In this document: in pieces, positions 1 through 10,714 of the stretch
Numbering within the stretch: position 1 is the first letter of the stretch
Layout: each line of letters begins with the position of its first letter
NCBI GenBank assembly: GCA_963665275.2
Contig: CAXXIN010000019.1
Coordinates: 64,001-128,000 of the forward strand
Length of the DNA stretch: 64,000 nucleotides
From: Negativicutes bacterium
GTDB taxonomy: Bacteria > Bacillota > Negativicutes > UBA1444
Direction: 5' to 3'
Made by a program: the position numbers and the translations under genes
Notes under the pieces: model-generated
The model's input: the letters and a program-made list of their open reading frames with translations, nothing else
Told to the model about the DNA's origin: nothing
Database searches by the model: none

Positions 1-950
1 TTCACGCCGGCAGCAGTGCCTGCCACCAACCCGGTCATGATATAGCCGGCCTGGGCGATGGAGGAGTAAGCCAGCATTCGCTTAATATTGGTCTGAGGAA
101 TGGCGACCAGATTTCCGATCAGCATCGAGGCTCCGGCAAGCAGCAACAGCAGCATTGCCCAGGGATAACCTGTCGCAGGAAACACGATCGTGACTACTCG
201 AATCAACGCCGCAAAACCAGCCGCTTTCGATCCCATGGCCAGCATCGCAGTCACCGGAATCGGCGCTCCTTCATACACATCAGGCGCCCACATGTGGAAG
301 GGTGGCGCAGCAACCTTGAAGGCGAACCCCGAGAGCAACAGGACCCCGCCAACCAAGAGAGCCGGTGATGCCGTCAGTTCCTTGGCAATCGCGGCATACC
401 CCATATGGCCGGACAGGCCAAAGATCAGACTCATGCCGTAGAGCATCACCGCGGACGCCGCAGAAGCCAGCACGAGATATTTGATAGCTGCCTCCGTGGA
501 ACGGGTATCTGACAGAACATATCCCACCAGAATGAAGAAACTGAGCGTCATCAGTTCGATCCCTGCATAGAGTGTAATCAGGTCGTTGGCAGAAGACAGG
601 ACCATCATCCCGACGACGGCAAACAGCAGCAGTGCGTAGAACTCTCCATGAGAATGCGGCAGACGATCCACCGTATCCAGAGAAAAGAGAATGACTAGGA
701 TCGCACCGATCAAAAACGCCTGTTTGAAAAACACGGCATAATCATCCAGACTGAAGTAACCATGCCAAAAGGTCGCATTGACCCCATATTGAGAAAACGA
801 ATAGAAGAATATCGCAGTCAATCCGCAGGCAGCCAAGGTCCCCAGGCTGCGCCGGGACCGACCGACGTCCATAAGCAAATCGAGCACCAGCAGGAGCAGC
901 GCCAGGAGGGCTACCCCCATTTCCAACAACAAAACATTATAGTTCATCAT
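1..950 (-). CDS. nuoN: NADH-quinone oxidoreductase subunit N (3' part runs off the window)
   Basis: Read manually: MMNYNVLLLEMGVALL... through FKVAAPPFHMWAPDVYEGAP and KRMLAYSSIAQAGY. The ATG overlaps the nuoM stop (TAATG at 950). Absent from the ORF track because it has no stop in the window. Confidence 0.93.
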   Translation of the reverse strand, partial: MMNYNVLLLEMGVALLALLLLVLDLLMDVGRSRRSLGTLAACGLTAIFFYSFSQYGVNATFWHGYFSLDDYAVFFKQAFLIGAILVILFSLDTVDRLPHSHGEFYALLLFAVVGMMVLSSANDLITLYAGIELMTLSFFILVGYVLSDTRSTEAAIKYLVLASAASAVMLYGMSLIFGLSGHMGYAAIAKELTASPALLVGGVLLLSGFAFKVAAPPFHMWAPDVYEGAPIPVTAMLAMGSKAAGFAALIRVVTIVFPATGYPWAMLLLLLAGASMLIGNLVAIPQTNIKRMLAYSSIAQAGYIMTGLVAGTAAGV

Positions 951-2479
951 TAAAGCCCTCCCCACAAGGTTGCCGCAGCCTTAAGCTTGACGAGCAGCGG
1001 GCCCAACGGAGCAATACCGCTGTTGACAACATCCATCAGCAGAGACGGCATGATTCCAAACCCTATGAGGAATACGCCCAGAACGATCAGCGGAACCCAG
1101 TCCGGACCCTGCAGGTCATGCACCCCGTCCCATTGCGGCAGGCGCGGTCCGAACAGCACATCAGCCAGAACCCGAAGTACATACAACGCCGTCAGAATAA
1201 TACCGGCGATGGCCAGAACAGCAAACAGGGGATAAGTGATGAAGGAACCGACAAAAATCGAAAACTCCGGCACAAAGCTGATCAGCCCGGGCAACCCCAG
1301 AGAAGCCATGCCGGCCAGCATGAACCCAACCGCAGCTTTGGGCATTTGATGCGCCAGTCCGCCCAAATCCGGAATATTCCGTGTGTGGGTGGCATGGTAG
1401 ATATGACCGATCATGGCGAAGAAGAGCGCCGCCATGACGCCATGCGCGAACATGTTGGCCACCGCTCCGTTGATGCCGATAACATCGGCGGCAGCAATTC
1501 CGATGAGAACATAGCCCATATGGGAAACGGAAGAATAACCAACGACATATTTCATGTCTTTCTGAACAAGGGCGATGAACGCTGCGTAGGCGACGTTCAT
1601 AACGCCAAAGGCCGCGATCATCGGCGCCCAGAACTTGAATCCGAGTGGCAGCATCATGAGTCCGATACGAATCAGGCCATAGCCACCGATTTTTTTCAGC
1701 ACGCCGGCATGGACCATCGATACTGCGGTCGGTGCACCGGCATATCCGTCAGGCGACCAGGAGTGAAACGGCCACATGGATAATAGTGAACCAAATCCCA
1801 ATAGTACAAAGAAGAAGGCGAAAATTTGGAACTCCGGTGAAAGCGCTCCGGAGATACCGGCCTGTGTCAAGGCTTCCATCGCGAACGTCCGCTTGCCGGC
1901 CGGGTAAGCCCCCAGATACAGCATGAAGATCCCCGCCAGCAGGAAAGCCGATCCCATCAATAGATAGATGGTCAGTTTCATGCCCGCGTATTCCTTGGTC
2001 ACCCGTTTACTGGAACCCCAGATCAGGATCATGATATAAATCGGGATGACCACAACTTCATAAAATAATAGGAACAGGAACAAATCACGCGCCACAAAGG
2101 TTCCGGCCACGCCGGTCACTAGCAGCAGGAACAGGATGAAAAACTCCTTCGGCCGCTCTTCGACCCGCCAGGAAGCGAACACCCCGGCGAAACCGATTAA
2201 CGCCGTGAGCAGGATCATTGGCGCGGACAGGCCATCAATACCAAGACTATAGGAAGCTCCAATGTCCGGCAGCCAATTCAGATTCTCGATAAACTGCATA
2301 CCGCCGTTGTGCCAGTCGTAGCCAAAAAACACAAACAGTGACAATAGAAAGGAAATCCCCATGGAAACCGCACTGACTCTTCGAATCGAAGCGCCAGCCG
2401 TAGGCGGCAAAAAAGTAATCGCCGCAGCGCCGATGATCGGTGCGAACAGGATTGTAGACAGAATCGGAAACGACATCAC
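950..2479 (-). CDS. nuoM: NADH-quinone oxidoreductase subunit M
   Basis: 509-aa hydrophobic antiporter-like protein with WPFHSWSPD, LKKIGGYG and YSSVSHMG motifs; operon position. Confidence 0.95.
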   Translation of the reverse strand: MMSFPILSTILFAPIIGAAAITFLPPTAGASIRRVSAVSMGISFLLSLFVFFGYDWHNGGMQFIENLNWLPDIGASYSLGIDGLSAPMILLTALIGFAGVFASWRVEERPKEFFILFLLLVTGVAGTFVARDLFLFLLFYEVVVIPIYIMILIWGSSKRVTKEYAGMKLTIYLLMGSAFLLAGIFMLYLGAYPAGKRTFAMEALTQAGISGALSPEFQIFAFFFVLLGFGSLLSMWPFHSWSPDGYAGAPTAVSMVHAGVLKKIGGYGLIRIGLMMLPLGFKFWAPMIAAFGVMNVAYAAFIALVQKDMKYVVGYSSVSHMGYVLIGIAAADVIGINGAVANMFAHGVMAALFFAMIGHIYHATHTRNIPDLGGLAHQMPKAAVGFMLAGMASLGLPGLISFVPEFSIFVGSFITYPLFAVLAIAGIILTALYVLRVLADVLFGPRLPQWDGVHDLQGPDWVPLIVLGVFLIGFGIMPSLLMDVVNSGIAPLGPLLVKLKAAATLWGGL

Positions 2480-4371
2480 AACTTCCCTCCCCCGGCGACC
2501 GCACCGGCAGTGAACGCCAGTATCAGGGCCAAAGCTACTGTAGCCACGAACATAACCGCCGCATAATGTTGCATCTGCCCAGTCTGGAGCCGTCGCAGCA
2601 CCGCTCCGGCCGTGCCGGTTCCCCGGGCCGCACCATCGACGATTCCGTCAACTACATGGATATCTACCCAGTAAAGGATCCGGGCCAGTCCAGTGAGAAC
2701 ATTGCGGTTAAGCCACTGATATAGTTCGTCCACGAAGAACTTATTGAAGCTCAGAGTGTACAACACTCCAGCTTTTTGGGCGATTGCATCAGATTTTTTA
2801 TGCCCTGCGCCGTAGACCGACCAGGCCAGACCAAACCCGGCGAGGGCAATCAGGGTCGAGCTTGAGGCAACGCCCCAATCAATGCCGACATGATGCGCCG
2901 GACCGAAGCGCACCCAGTCACCGAAACCGAAAGCATAGGGAACGATCCCTCCCACAATACTCAGGAAAGCCAGCACACCCATCGGTACCAGCATCGATTT
3001 ACCTGATTCGTGTGGATGATTGTGCGGATTGGGTTCGCCCAGAAAGGCTACTATGAACAGCCGCGCCATATAAAAAGCCGTCATCAAAGCGGTGACCGAA
3101 GCGGCAATATACAAGGGCGTGGACACATGCGCGGCGGCTGCCAGGATCTCATCCTTGGAAAAGAAGCCTGCGAAAGGCGGAATCCCCGAGATAGCCAGCA
3201 CCGCGATTCCCATCATGGCGCAGGTGGCCGGCATCGATTTGCGCAGCCCTCCCATCTCGAAAATGTCAGCCTTGTCATGCAACGCATGCAGAATGGAGCC
3301 GGCGCCGAGGAATAGCAGCGCCTTGAAGAAGGCATGAGTCATCAGATGGAACATGGAAGCGGTCAAGCTTCCCAGCCCCAGGGCCATCATCATATAGCCC
3401 AGCTGACTGATGGTTGAAAACGCCAGAATGCGTTTGATTTCGCGTTGAGTCAAGGCAATGGAAGCAGCGAAGATCGCGGTGAAGCAGCCCAGCCAGGCAA
3501 TCACGGTCATCGCGCCGGGCAGGACAGAGAAGATCGCGAAAGCCCGCGCCACCAGATAGACCCCGGCCACCACCATCGTGGCCGCATGGATTAGTGCGGA
3601 TACCGGTGTGGGGCCTTCCATCGCGTCAGGCAACCACACATGCAAGGGAAATTGGCCGGATTTTCCGATTGGACCGACGAACAGCAGCAACCCGACACCG
3701 GTGAGGGTTGCCGCACCGTTGGCCTTGACGAAAGCGGGCACTTTGACGCCCAGTTCCGTAAAGTCCAGCGTTCCGAACAGAATCTGCAGGAACAGAATCC
3801 CCATCAAGAGGCCGAAGTCACCGATGCGTGTCGTCATAAAAGCTTTTTTGGCGGCTTCCCTCGCCGAAATCTTGTAGAAATAATACCCAATCAACAGATA
3901 GGAACATAGACCGACCAGCTCCCAGAAAACGAACATCTGCAGGAAGTTGGTCGCAATGATCAAGCCGAGCATCGATGCCGCAAACAGCGACATGAAAGCG
4001 AAGAAGCGGCTAAAGCCGGGATCACCCGTCATATAACCCGTCGAATAAATGAGTATCAGGAATGAAACCAAAGACACGACGAATAACATCATCGCCGCGA
4101 TAGGGTCGACCAGAACTCCCATATCAATGGAAAGCCCCGGCATCGAAAACCATACGGTTTTCATCAGGAACGGCGTTTCCACCGTGATCCCTTGACTCAC
4201 CACAGCCCAGCCTACGCCGAGCGCAATGGCGAAAGAGGAACCCATGGCCGCGATAGCCAGTCTTGATGCCATCCAAGGCGATCCCAGCAAAAAAAACGAA
4301 ATTGCAACAAACGCCAATGCCGGCAACAACGGAATCAGCCAGGCATGGGTCAGTGAAAATTCAGCCCACAT
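2476..4371 (-). CDS. nuoL: NADH-quinone oxidoreductase subunit L
   Basis: WELVGLCSYLLIG, GKSGQFPLHVWLPDAMEGPTPVSALIHAATMV and HAFFKALLFL motifs. Start placed at ATG 4371 after an AAGGAGG RBS. Confidence 0.95.
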   Translation of the reverse strand: MWAEFSLTHAWLIPLLPALAFVAISFFLLGSPWMASRLAIAAMGSSFAIALGVGWAVVSQGITVETPFLMKTVWFSMPGLSIDMGVLVDPIAAMMLFVVSLVSFLILIYSTGYMTGDPGFSRFFAFMSLFAASMLGLIIATNFLQMFVFWELVGLCSYLLIGYYFYKISAREAAKKAFMTTRIGDFGLLMGILFLQILFGTLDFTELGVKVPAFVKANGAATLTGVGLLLFVGPIGKSGQFPLHVWLPDAMEGPTPVSALIHAATMVVAGVYLVARAFAIFSVLPGAMTVIAWLGCFTAIFAASIALTQREIKRILAFSTISQLGYMMMALGLGSLTASMFHLMTHAFFKALLFLGAGSILHALHDKADIFEMGGLRKSMPATCAMMGIAVLAISGIPPFAGFFSKDEILAAAAHVSTPLYIAASVTALMTAFYMARLFIVAFLGEPNPHNHPHESGKSMLVPMGVLAFLSIVGGIVPYAFGFGDWVRFGPAHHVGIDWGVASSSTLIALAGFGLAWSVYGAGHKKSDAIAQKAGVLYTLSFNKFFVDELYQWLNRNVLTGLARILYWVDIHVVDGIVDGAARGTGTAGAVLRRLQTGQMQHYAAVMFVATVALALILAFTAGAVAGGGKL

Positions 4372-4389
4372 GTTCGTCACCTCCTTCTA

Positions 4390-4698
4390 TTACCATTTCA
4401 GCCAGTTAATTTCGTCGACTGAAAGAGTATTGCGTCCGCGATAAATCGCATAAGCCATCGCCAGTCCGACAGCAACTTCAGCCGCCGCCACCGCAATGAT
4501 AAACAATGAAAATACCTGTCCGGCAGCCGCATCGATGGCAGTATACCGTGAAAAAGCCACAAGGTTTAGGTTCACTGAATTCAACATCAGTTCAATCGAC
4601 ATCAACAGAGCAATCAAGTTGCGCTTGGTCAGGAGGCCGAACAGGCCGAGACCGAACAAGCAGGCGCCAACCAGCAGATAATGCGTTAATCCGATCAT
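4390..4698 (-). CDS. nuoK: NADH-quinone oxidoreductase subunit K
   Basis: 102 aa with SIELMLN and [11 protein letters not shown] motifs. Confidence 0.95.
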   Translation of the reverse strand: MIGLTHYLLVGACLFGLGLFGLLTKRNLIALLMSIELMLNSVNLNLVAFSRYTAIDAAAGQVFSLFIIAVAAAEVAVGLAMAYAIYRGRNTLSVDEINWLKW

Positions 4699-5207
4699 GA
4701 TTGCACCTTACCCCCTTTAAACAAAACCACTGCCCCGATCAGCGCCGCCAGCAACAACAATGCGACCGCTTCAAAAGGAACAGCGAAATCAGTGAGAAAC
4801 CTTCGCCCGATATCAGCCGTGTACACCACTGTACCCGCGCCGATTTTCCAGGGTGTCGCCAGCACCGCCCACACAATTGCGCCAAATAGCGTGAGAGCAG
4901 CGAATCCGCCAACCGCAACCATACTATTGGCCGGATTGGTTTGATCCATATTTTCACGGTGAGTCAGCATCACGCCGATTACCATTAGAACAGCCACTGC
5001 CCCACTATAGACAAGCGCCTGCACCGCTGCCAGAAATTCCGCTTCCAGCATCAGATAGAGTCCGGCAAGGCCCAAGAATGTCAGTGCGAGCAAGAAAGCA
5101 CTGTGCACCAAATTCCGGCGAGTCACCACGCCGACTGCGGCAGCCAGCGTCACACCGGCCAGGAAATAAAAGGCAACGGTCTGTACCACACCGGTTCCGT
5201 TCATCAT
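4695..5207 (-). CDS. nuoJ: NADH-quinone oxidoreductase subunit J
   Basis: [16 protein letters not shown] and [10 protein letters not shown] motifs. Start at the ATGA overlap with the nuoI stop. Confidence 0.93.
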   Translation of the reverse strand: MMNGTGVVQTVAFYFLAGVTLAAAVGVVTRRNLVHSAFLLALTFLGLAGLYLMLEAEFLAAVQALVYSGAVAVLMVIGVMLTHRENMDQTNPANSMVAVGGFAALTLFGAIVWAVLATPWKIGAGTVVYTADIGRRFLTDFAVPFEAVALLLLAALIGAVVLFKGGKVQS

Positions 5208-5602
5208 TCTTTCCCCTCCTTTGCCGCTGCCCAGCAATCGATAATGAGTTCTGCATGAGTCCATTTGCTCATCTCATAATTTGCCGTCCAGGAAATTGCT
5301 TTGGTCGGACAAGCCTCAATACAATAATTGCAGTACATGCAAACCGGCAACGTATGAACATAACGCGTCAGTTCTTTCTTGCCACTTTCATTTTTTTCCG
5401 AAGCCAGACTAATCGCCGCATTGGGGCAGGCCATAGCGCAAAGACCGCAGGCAATACACTTTTGAAGATCCAGGTTTAAACATCCGCCGCGGAACATCGG
5501 TCCAACCGGCAGGCGTTCTTCCGGATATTGCACAGTGGTCGGTTTGGAAAACATACGCTTGAACGTAACACTCATTCCTTGAAGCAAACCTATTCCATAC
5601 AT
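5204..5602 (-). CDS. nuoI: NADH-quinone oxidoreductase subunit I (2x[4Fe-4S])
   Basis: TVQYPEE, CIACGLCAMACP and CMYCNYCIEACP. Confidence 0.95.
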   Translation of the reverse strand: MYGIGLLQGMSVTFKRMFSKPTTVQYPEERLPVGPMFRGGCLNLDLQKCIACGLCAMACPNAAISLASEKNESGKKELTRYVHTLPVCMYCNYCIEACPTKAISWTANYEMSKWTHAELIIDCWAAAKEGKE

Positions 5603-5615
5603 ACTTTCACCCCCT

Positions 5616-6656
5616 TCAGCTTAACGGAAAGAACAGCCACAGTCCCATCCCGGTCACAACAATATTGGCCAGGGAAAGCGGCAGCAAAATCCGCCAGCCG
5701 AATGACATCAACTGGTCCACTCGCATACGCGGAAACGTCCAGCGAAACCACATAAATACGAAAATCATGGCGAACACTTTAATGAAAAACCAGATCCATC
5801 CCGGCAGCCATGGCCCATGCCAGCCTCCCAGGAACAAAGTAGTGGCGATACAGGACGCAGCAACCATCGACGCATATTCCGCCATGAAGAAATAACTCCA
5901 GCGCATCCCACTGTATTCAGTGAATGGCCCGGCAACCAGTTCAGACTCGCATTCAACCAAATCGAACGGTGTGCGGTTGGTCTCGGCAGTCGCTGCAATC
6001 ATAAATATTACGAAGGCCACCGGCTGGGTCAGGATAAACCACATGCCGTCCTGCGCCTGGACGATGTCACTCATCCGCATTGATCCGGTAATCATCACCA
6101 CTCCGAGAGCTGAAAAAACGAGCGGAATTTCGTAGGAAAGCATCTGCGCCACTGCGCGCATGCCACCGATCAGGGAAAGCTTATTGTTGGAAGACCACCC
6201 GGCCATGAGCATCGTCAGGGTCGCCTGAGAACCCACGGCGAAGAAAAAGAAGATGCCGATATTGATATCCGCCAGCACCAGGCCGGAGTCAAAGGGAATC
6301 ACAGCATAACTCGTCATGGCAGCCATAAACAGAAGAATAGGCGCCAAGGCCCACATTTTGGAGGATACCAGGGCCGGCTTGATTTCTTCCTTGGTAAGCA
6401 ACTTGATTGTATCGGCGAGCGTTTGAAAAATCCCATAGGGTCCGAGACGGTTGGGACCGTAACGCATCTGCATGAAGGCGCAGACTTTCCGCTCCAGATA
6501 CACGAGGATCAGGGCAAAAACCAGTATAAGCGATAGAATGCCGATTACACCCACGAGCGCCGTCACCGCGTCAGCCAGCACAGCAGAGCCCGAACAATCC
6601 AGAACCGCCATTTTGATTAACCCAGTTATTTTATCCCAGATAGACTGTTGCATCAC
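5616..6656 (-). CDS. nuoH: NADH-quinone oxidoreductase subunit H
   Basis: ERKVCAFMQMRYGPNR, AQMLSYEIP, ETNRTPFDL and TFPRMRVDQLM. Confidence 0.95.
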   Translation of the reverse strand: MMQQSIWDKITGLIKMAVLDCSGSAVLADAVTALVGVIGILSLILVFALILVYLERKVCAFMQMRYGPNRLGPYGIFQTLADTIKLLTKEEIKPALVSSKMWALAPILLFMAAMTSYAVIPFDSGLVLADINIGIFFFFAVGSQATLTMLMAGWSSNNKLSLIGGMRAVAQMLSYEIPLVFSALGVVMITGSMRMSDIVQAQDGMWFILTQPVAFVIFMIAATAETNRTPFDLVECESELVAGPFTEYSGMRWSYFFMAEYASMVAASCIATTLFLGGWHGPWLPGWIWFFIKVFAMIFVFMWFRWTFPRMRVDQLMSFGWRILLPLSLANIVVTGMGLWLFFPLS

Positions 6657-6668
6657 TTACCCACCTTC

Positions 6669-7805
6669 CTATGCATCGGCTTCACCCATGCAGGGATCGA
6701 GTACCGCCAGAACGGCCACCACATCTGAAATCTTCATGCCCCTGCAGAGTTCATCCACACTTCCCAGATTATAGAATGTCGGTCGTCGCACATGCAGACG
6801 GTAGGGTTTCGTGCTGCCGTCGCTGACGACATAGAAGCCCAACTCGCCGCGAGGCGTCTCGTTGGCATGATAAACCTCGCCGACCGGCGGTTTGATGATC
6901 TTCGCCGTTTTGGCCATGAACGGCCCTTCCGGCAACCCTTCAAGCGCCTGTTTGATAATCTTGGCGCTCTCGGAAATCTCTTGGTAGCGCACCATGTAGC
7001 GATCCCAGTTGTCACCGACTGTACCTGTCGGGATGTCAAACTCAAACCGATTGTAAACGCTGTACGGTTTTTTCAGCCGCAGGTCGTACGGCACACCAGC
7101 AGCCCTCAGCACGGGCCCTGTCACACCCAACGAAACCAGTGTGTCAGCAGACACAATCGACATACCTTTGAGACGGTGTTGGAAGATTTCATTGCCGTTA
7201 ATCAATCGATTATACTCATACAGCATATCCGGCAAATCCGCCAGAAACTTCTGCAGCAGTTCGACGAATTCAGTGGAGATATCCGCCATCACGCCGCCAA
7301 TCCTGACATAAGAATAAGTCAGCCGCGAACCGCAAACCAGATTAAACAAGTCCAGAATTCTTTCCCTGTCGCGGAATGTATACATCATGCCGGTCGCACC
7401 GCCGAAGTCCAGAGCCGTAGCCCCGATGAACAGCATGTGGCTGGCGATACGATTGAGTTCCGCCATCATGACCCGAATATATTCAGCGCGTTCCGGCACT
7501 TCAATGCCGGCGAGTTTTTCAATCGTCTGGCAATACGCCAAATTGTTGCACATGGACGCAACATAGTCCAACCGGTCCGTGTAAGGAATAAATTGCGGAT
7601 AAGTCCGGCTCTCCGCCAACTTTTCAAGTCCTCGATGCAGATAGCCCATCACAGGTATCGCCCGAACTACGGTCTCTCCGTCAAGTTCGAGCACCACACG
7701 GAAAACACCGTGCGTACTCGGATGCTGCGGCCCCATATTCAGATAGTAAAGTTCCGTGCCTGTCGGCGTCATTCCGGCAGGTGTCAGATTCAATCCTGTC
7801 GCCAT
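6669..7805 (-). CDS. nuoD: NADH-quinone oxidoreductase subunit D
   Basis: [28 protein letters not shown] and ETPRGELG. Start at ATG 7805 (MATGLN) just after the nuoC stop. No NiFe CxxC pairs. Confidence 0.95.
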   Translation of the reverse strand: MATGLNLTPAGMTPTGTELYYLNMGPQHPSTHGVFRVVLELDGETVVRAIPVMGYLHRGLEKLAESRTYPQFIPYTDRLDYVASMCNNLAYCQTIEKLAGIEVPERAEYIRVMMAELNRIASHMLFIGATALDFGGATGMMYTFRDRERILDLFNLVCGSRLTYSYVRIGGVMADISTEFVELLQKFLADLPDMLYEYNRLINGNEIFQHRLKGMSIVSADTLVSLGVTGPVLRAAGVPYDLRLKKPYSVYNRFEFDIPTGTVGDNWDRYMVRYQEISESAKIIKQALEGLPEGPFMAKTAKIIKPPVGEVYHANETPRGELGFYVVSDGSTKPYRLHVRRPTFYNLGSVDELCRGMKISDVVAVLAVLDPCMGEADA

Positions 7806-7809
7806 GCCT

Positions 7810-8226
7810 TCACCTTCCGTCCTGCTGTCCGGTTCGCCCAGGCAGCTTGTAATCCTTGCGCAACGGGAAGAAGCCAAATCCGTCCTCCGGCGCGAGCAGC
7901 GGTCGAGGGTCCGGATGTCCGGCAAAAACGATGCCAAACAGGTCCTGCACTTCCCTCTCGCCAAACATGGCAGATAGCCACAGGTCCGTCACCGAAACCA
8001 CCTCGGGTTTTTCCCGCGGAATTTCGACCTTGACGACCATATCCTTATCATACTTTAGAGAGTTCAGGTGATAAACGACTTCAAAAAACTCACCGCGGTC
8101 TACGGCTGTCACATCGATCAACCGGTCAAAGCAGCAGGCCGGATTCTCTTTCAAATCGCGCATCCAATCTTTCATTTCAGCAGGCGAAGGAGTAAGCAAC
8201 CCGGTTGCCATCATTTCTTCATTCAT
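7810..8226 (-). CDS. nuoC: NADH-quinone oxidoreductase subunit C
   Basis: [19 protein letters not shown]...FPLRKDY. Confidence 0.93.
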   Translation of the reverse strand: MNEEMMATGLLTPSPAEMKDWMRDLKENPACCFDRLIDVTAVDRGEFFEVVYHLNSLKYDKDMVVKVEIPREKPEVVSVTDLWLSAMFGEREVQDLFGIVFAGHPDPRPLLAPEDGFGFFPLRKDYKLPGRTGQQDGR

Positions 8227-8738
8227 TTTTTACCACCTCGCCGCTTTGACTCCATAACCTTTTCCCGCAGCGTCAGCATTCCATGCAAAAGTGCTTCGGG
8301 GCGCGGCGGACACCCTGGAATAAACACATCGACCGGCAAAATCTTATCAACGCCAGGCACAACCGAATAGGAATCCACGAAAGGTCCGCCGCCAATCGCA
8401 CAGCTCCCCATCGCAATCACCCATTTCGATTCCGGCATCTGTTCGTACAGACGAATCAGCGGCGGCGCCATTTTTCTTGTCACCGTTCCCGCCACAATCA
8501 GCAGATCCGCATGACGCGGCGATGGACGAAATACTTCGTAACCAAAACGAGCCATGTCGAAACGACCGGCGCCGCAGGCCATCATTTCAATCGCACAGCA
8601 TGCCAAGCCGGAAGTCAGCGGCCAAAACGACCGTGTCTGCGCCCAGGCCAACACTTGTTCCACTGTGGTCACGATGATATTGTCTTGCCCCAGCAATCCT
8701 TCCAAACGACTTTGGGCAGGTTGTTGATCGGTCATCAT
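8223..8738 (-). CDS. nuoB: NADH-quinone oxidoreductase subunit B (N2 cluster)
   Basis: GLACCAIEM tandem cysteines, MGSCA and PGCPPRPEA. Start at the ATGA overlap (8738) or at 8744. Confidence 0.95.
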   Translation of the reverse strand: MMTDQQPAQSRLEGLLGQDNIIVTTVEQVLAWAQTRSFWPLTSGLACCAIEMMACGAGRFDMARFGYEVFRPSPRHADLLIVAGTVTRKMAPPLIRLYEQMPESKWVIAMGSCAIGGGPFVDSYSVVPGVDKILPVDVFIPGCPPRPEALLHGMLTLREKVMESKRRGGKK

Positions 8739-9091
8739 TTCCATTCGAGAGCCCCCTTCTTCCATGCATACCAAAGCCCCAGCAGCAATATCGCCATAAA
8801 CACGAACATCGCGAGAAAGGCGGTGATATTCATCGTGCGAAATACGACTGCCCACGGGTAAAGAAATACAGTTTCCACATCAAACACAACAAAAGCCAAC
8901 GCGTAGAGAAAATAGCTTGTCTTGAACTGCACCCACGACCGTCCGATCGTGTCTACACCACATTCATAGACCATCTCTTTCTCTTTGCTTGGCTTACGTT
9001 TTTGAATGATTGACGATACAATCAGTGGAATAAAAGGAAAGATAAATGCAACACCGGCCAAAATCGCAATGGCCCCGAACTGTTCCAACAT
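8735..9091 (-). CDS. nuoA: NADH-quinone oxidoreductase subunit A
   Basis: [16 protein letters not shown] and [11 protein letters not shown] 9091 follows a GGGAGG RBS. Confidence 0.95.
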   Translation of the reverse strand: MLEQFGAIAILAGVAFIFPFIPLIVSSIIQKRKPSKEKEMVYECGVDTIGRSWVQFKTSYFLYALAFVVFDVETVFLYPWAVVFRTMNITAFLAMFVFMAILLLGLWYAWKKGALEWK

Positions 9092-9159
9092 GAAAAAAAC
9101 CTCCCGTTTCCCTGTAGGGGTAATGATGGATAGATAGTCCAGCTTATATCCAATCAACG

Positions 9160-9621
9160 TTAGGCATATTTCTTCAGCAGCATCAGTGTCGAGAAAAACG
9201 ACATCAATAGTGCGACGATCAGCCCCACGGTAACCCAACTTATGCTCCCCCGTTGCCAGCGATCCGGTATATCCAGAAACGCCTCGGTGGAATCCGACGG
9301 ATTACAAAAAGCGACCGCAAAAGTCTCCAGTTCCCGTTGCACCCGTTCCCTCTCCGTTTCACGGATGGTCCAGTTAACCGGTAACAGTTTGCGGCTCCTG
9401 TGCGTACAGCCTTCTATTTGATATTCAAATAATACGGAAGCAATGCGTAAACTTTGGCTGTTGCCAAAACTTGGCCACCCGGCGCGGCGAAAGCAGATGG
9501 AGCCAGGAACAACGTGCACATTTACGTGCGGCCAGAACAAAATCGACTTTTCCTTTAATCGAATTCGAAACAACACGCCGGATGCTGTCACCGACAGCAC
9601 AAATCCTATCCACAGGCCCAC
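9160..9621 (-). CDS. Hypothetical membrane protein (hydrophobic N- and C-terminal helices)
   Basis: 153-aa ORF filling the gap between the DUF362 gene and nuoA, with an AAGGAG RBS upstream. Start uncertain: GTG 9621, while an in-frame ATA at 9630 sits at better RBS spacing. Confidence 0.6.
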   Translation of the reverse strand: MGLWIGFVLSVTASGVLFRIRLKEKSILFWPHVNVHVVPGSICFRRAGWPSFGNSQSLRIASVLFEYQIEGCTHRSRKLLPVNWTIRETERERVQRELETFAVAFCNPSDSTEAFLDIPDRWQRGSISWVTVGLIVALLMSFFSTLMLLKKYA

Positions 9622-9659
9622 TGTCTCTATGTTAAAATCTCCTTCATATATGATACCAC

Positions 9660-10616
9660 TTAAACACGGAGGGGGGTCAACTTTTTCCAGTCGAGCAAAC
9701 CCACTCCCAATTCAGCGGCAATGACGATATGGCTGATATCCGCCGCCTTCAGCCCGAACAACTCCGCGCCATATGCATCGGCGGCCACCGGATCGGTACT
9801 GAAGATCAGCTGATTGTATTCACGAATGGTTCCCGGTCCCATCGGACCGTGCGTTGTAATTCCTTTCAATGCATCCATTATGACCAGATCAGGCTTCTTG
9901 AAAGCAGTCAGTTCGGCGATGGTCCGGTGTAGGTCTGTACGGTGAAAAAAACCACGGTCCCAGACCAAGCCCATCATATTTTTGAGACCCATCGTCAAGC
10001 CGGTTCCGTTATGATGTTTGAGGATGGGGAAACTGATAAAAACATCGGCTTCCAGCACATCTTTCGAGTATTGCATTGATTGTAAAATGGACCCGCCGGC
10101 ATTTACCGCCGAGTAAACCTCACCGGACAGTTTATTGGTCGTATAAACCTTGCCGCCAGCCGCTTCCACGGCGCGGCGGATGCCGGAATTCTCCAGAGCG
10201 ATCTGCGCGTTCGTGAACGGATTGTCGATGACTTTTACCGTTCGAGCTCCGGCGCCGAGACATCGCTTCACCAGCGCCGCCACTAGGAACGGATTGGTTG
10301 TCGCAGCCTGGTCCGGCGTGCGTGGCACGCTGAAATTGGGTTTGATCACAACAGTCTGCCCTTGTTTAACGAAGCGGCCGATTCCGCCCATCGCTTGCAG
10401 GCCCCGTTCGATCAGTTCGTCCGGATCAGTCCCGTTCGCGACAGCCATCGAAGGAGCGGCGGTGTTGGAAACAGGAGCAGGAGCGGCTGCGACCGGATCC
10501 GCAGGTTTTTGCGGTAGACCGACATCGGCGCTTGTTTTATTATTTCCGCACCCAGGTAAGCCCATGAGAGCAATTGAACCTGCAACTGTCCACTTCATAA
10601 ATTCTCTACGCCTCAT
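9660..10616 (-). CDS. DUF362-domain protein with twin-arginine lipoprotein signal
   Basis: MRRREFMK Tat motif and LPGC lipobox; VVIKPN...TTNP and PILKHH...TMGLKNMMG DUF362 motifs. Confidence 0.85.
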   Translation of the reverse strand: MRRREFMKWTVAGSIALMGLPGCGNNKTSADVGLPQKPADPVAAAPAPVSNTAAPSMAVANGTDPDELIERGLQAMGGIGRFVKQGQTVVIKPNFSVPRTPDQAATTNPFLVAALVKRCLGAGARTVKVIDNPFTNAQIALENSGIRRAVEAAGGKVYTTNKLSGEVYSAVNAGGSILQSMQYSKDVLEADVFISFPILKHHNGTGLTMGLKNMMGLVWDRGFFHRTDLHRTIAELTAFKKPDLVIMDALKGITTHGPMGPGTIREYNQLIFSTDPVAADAYGAELFGLKAADISHIVIAAELGVGLLDWKKLTPLRV

Positions 10617-10697
10617 GGTTTTCCTCCCCCTATCTCATATTAATTTGTTATGTTATCATAAATTTTTTCCGCATAACGGACGCAATCTTTCTAACAT

Positions 10698-10714
10698 TGC
10701 AATAATCGTGCCAA
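10698..10714 (-). promoter_or_regulatory. sigma54 (-24/-12) promoter
   Basis: Minus strand TTGGCACGATTATTGCA matches TGGCAC-N5-TTGCA, about 80 bp upstream of the DUF362 start. Confidence 0.85.

Noticed and set aside
6792-8033. Long plus-strand ORFs opposite real genes (413 aa here; also 32211-33377, 39760-41463 and 62461-63315)
   Set aside because: They are antisense shadows of nuoD, guaA, groL and uvrA caused by GC-biased codon usage, with no recognisable motifs.
6669-8738. Possible group-4 NiFe hydrogenase
   Set aside because: The large subunit lacks both CxxC nickel motifs, NuoB has the complex-I tandem CC, and no maturation genes are present.
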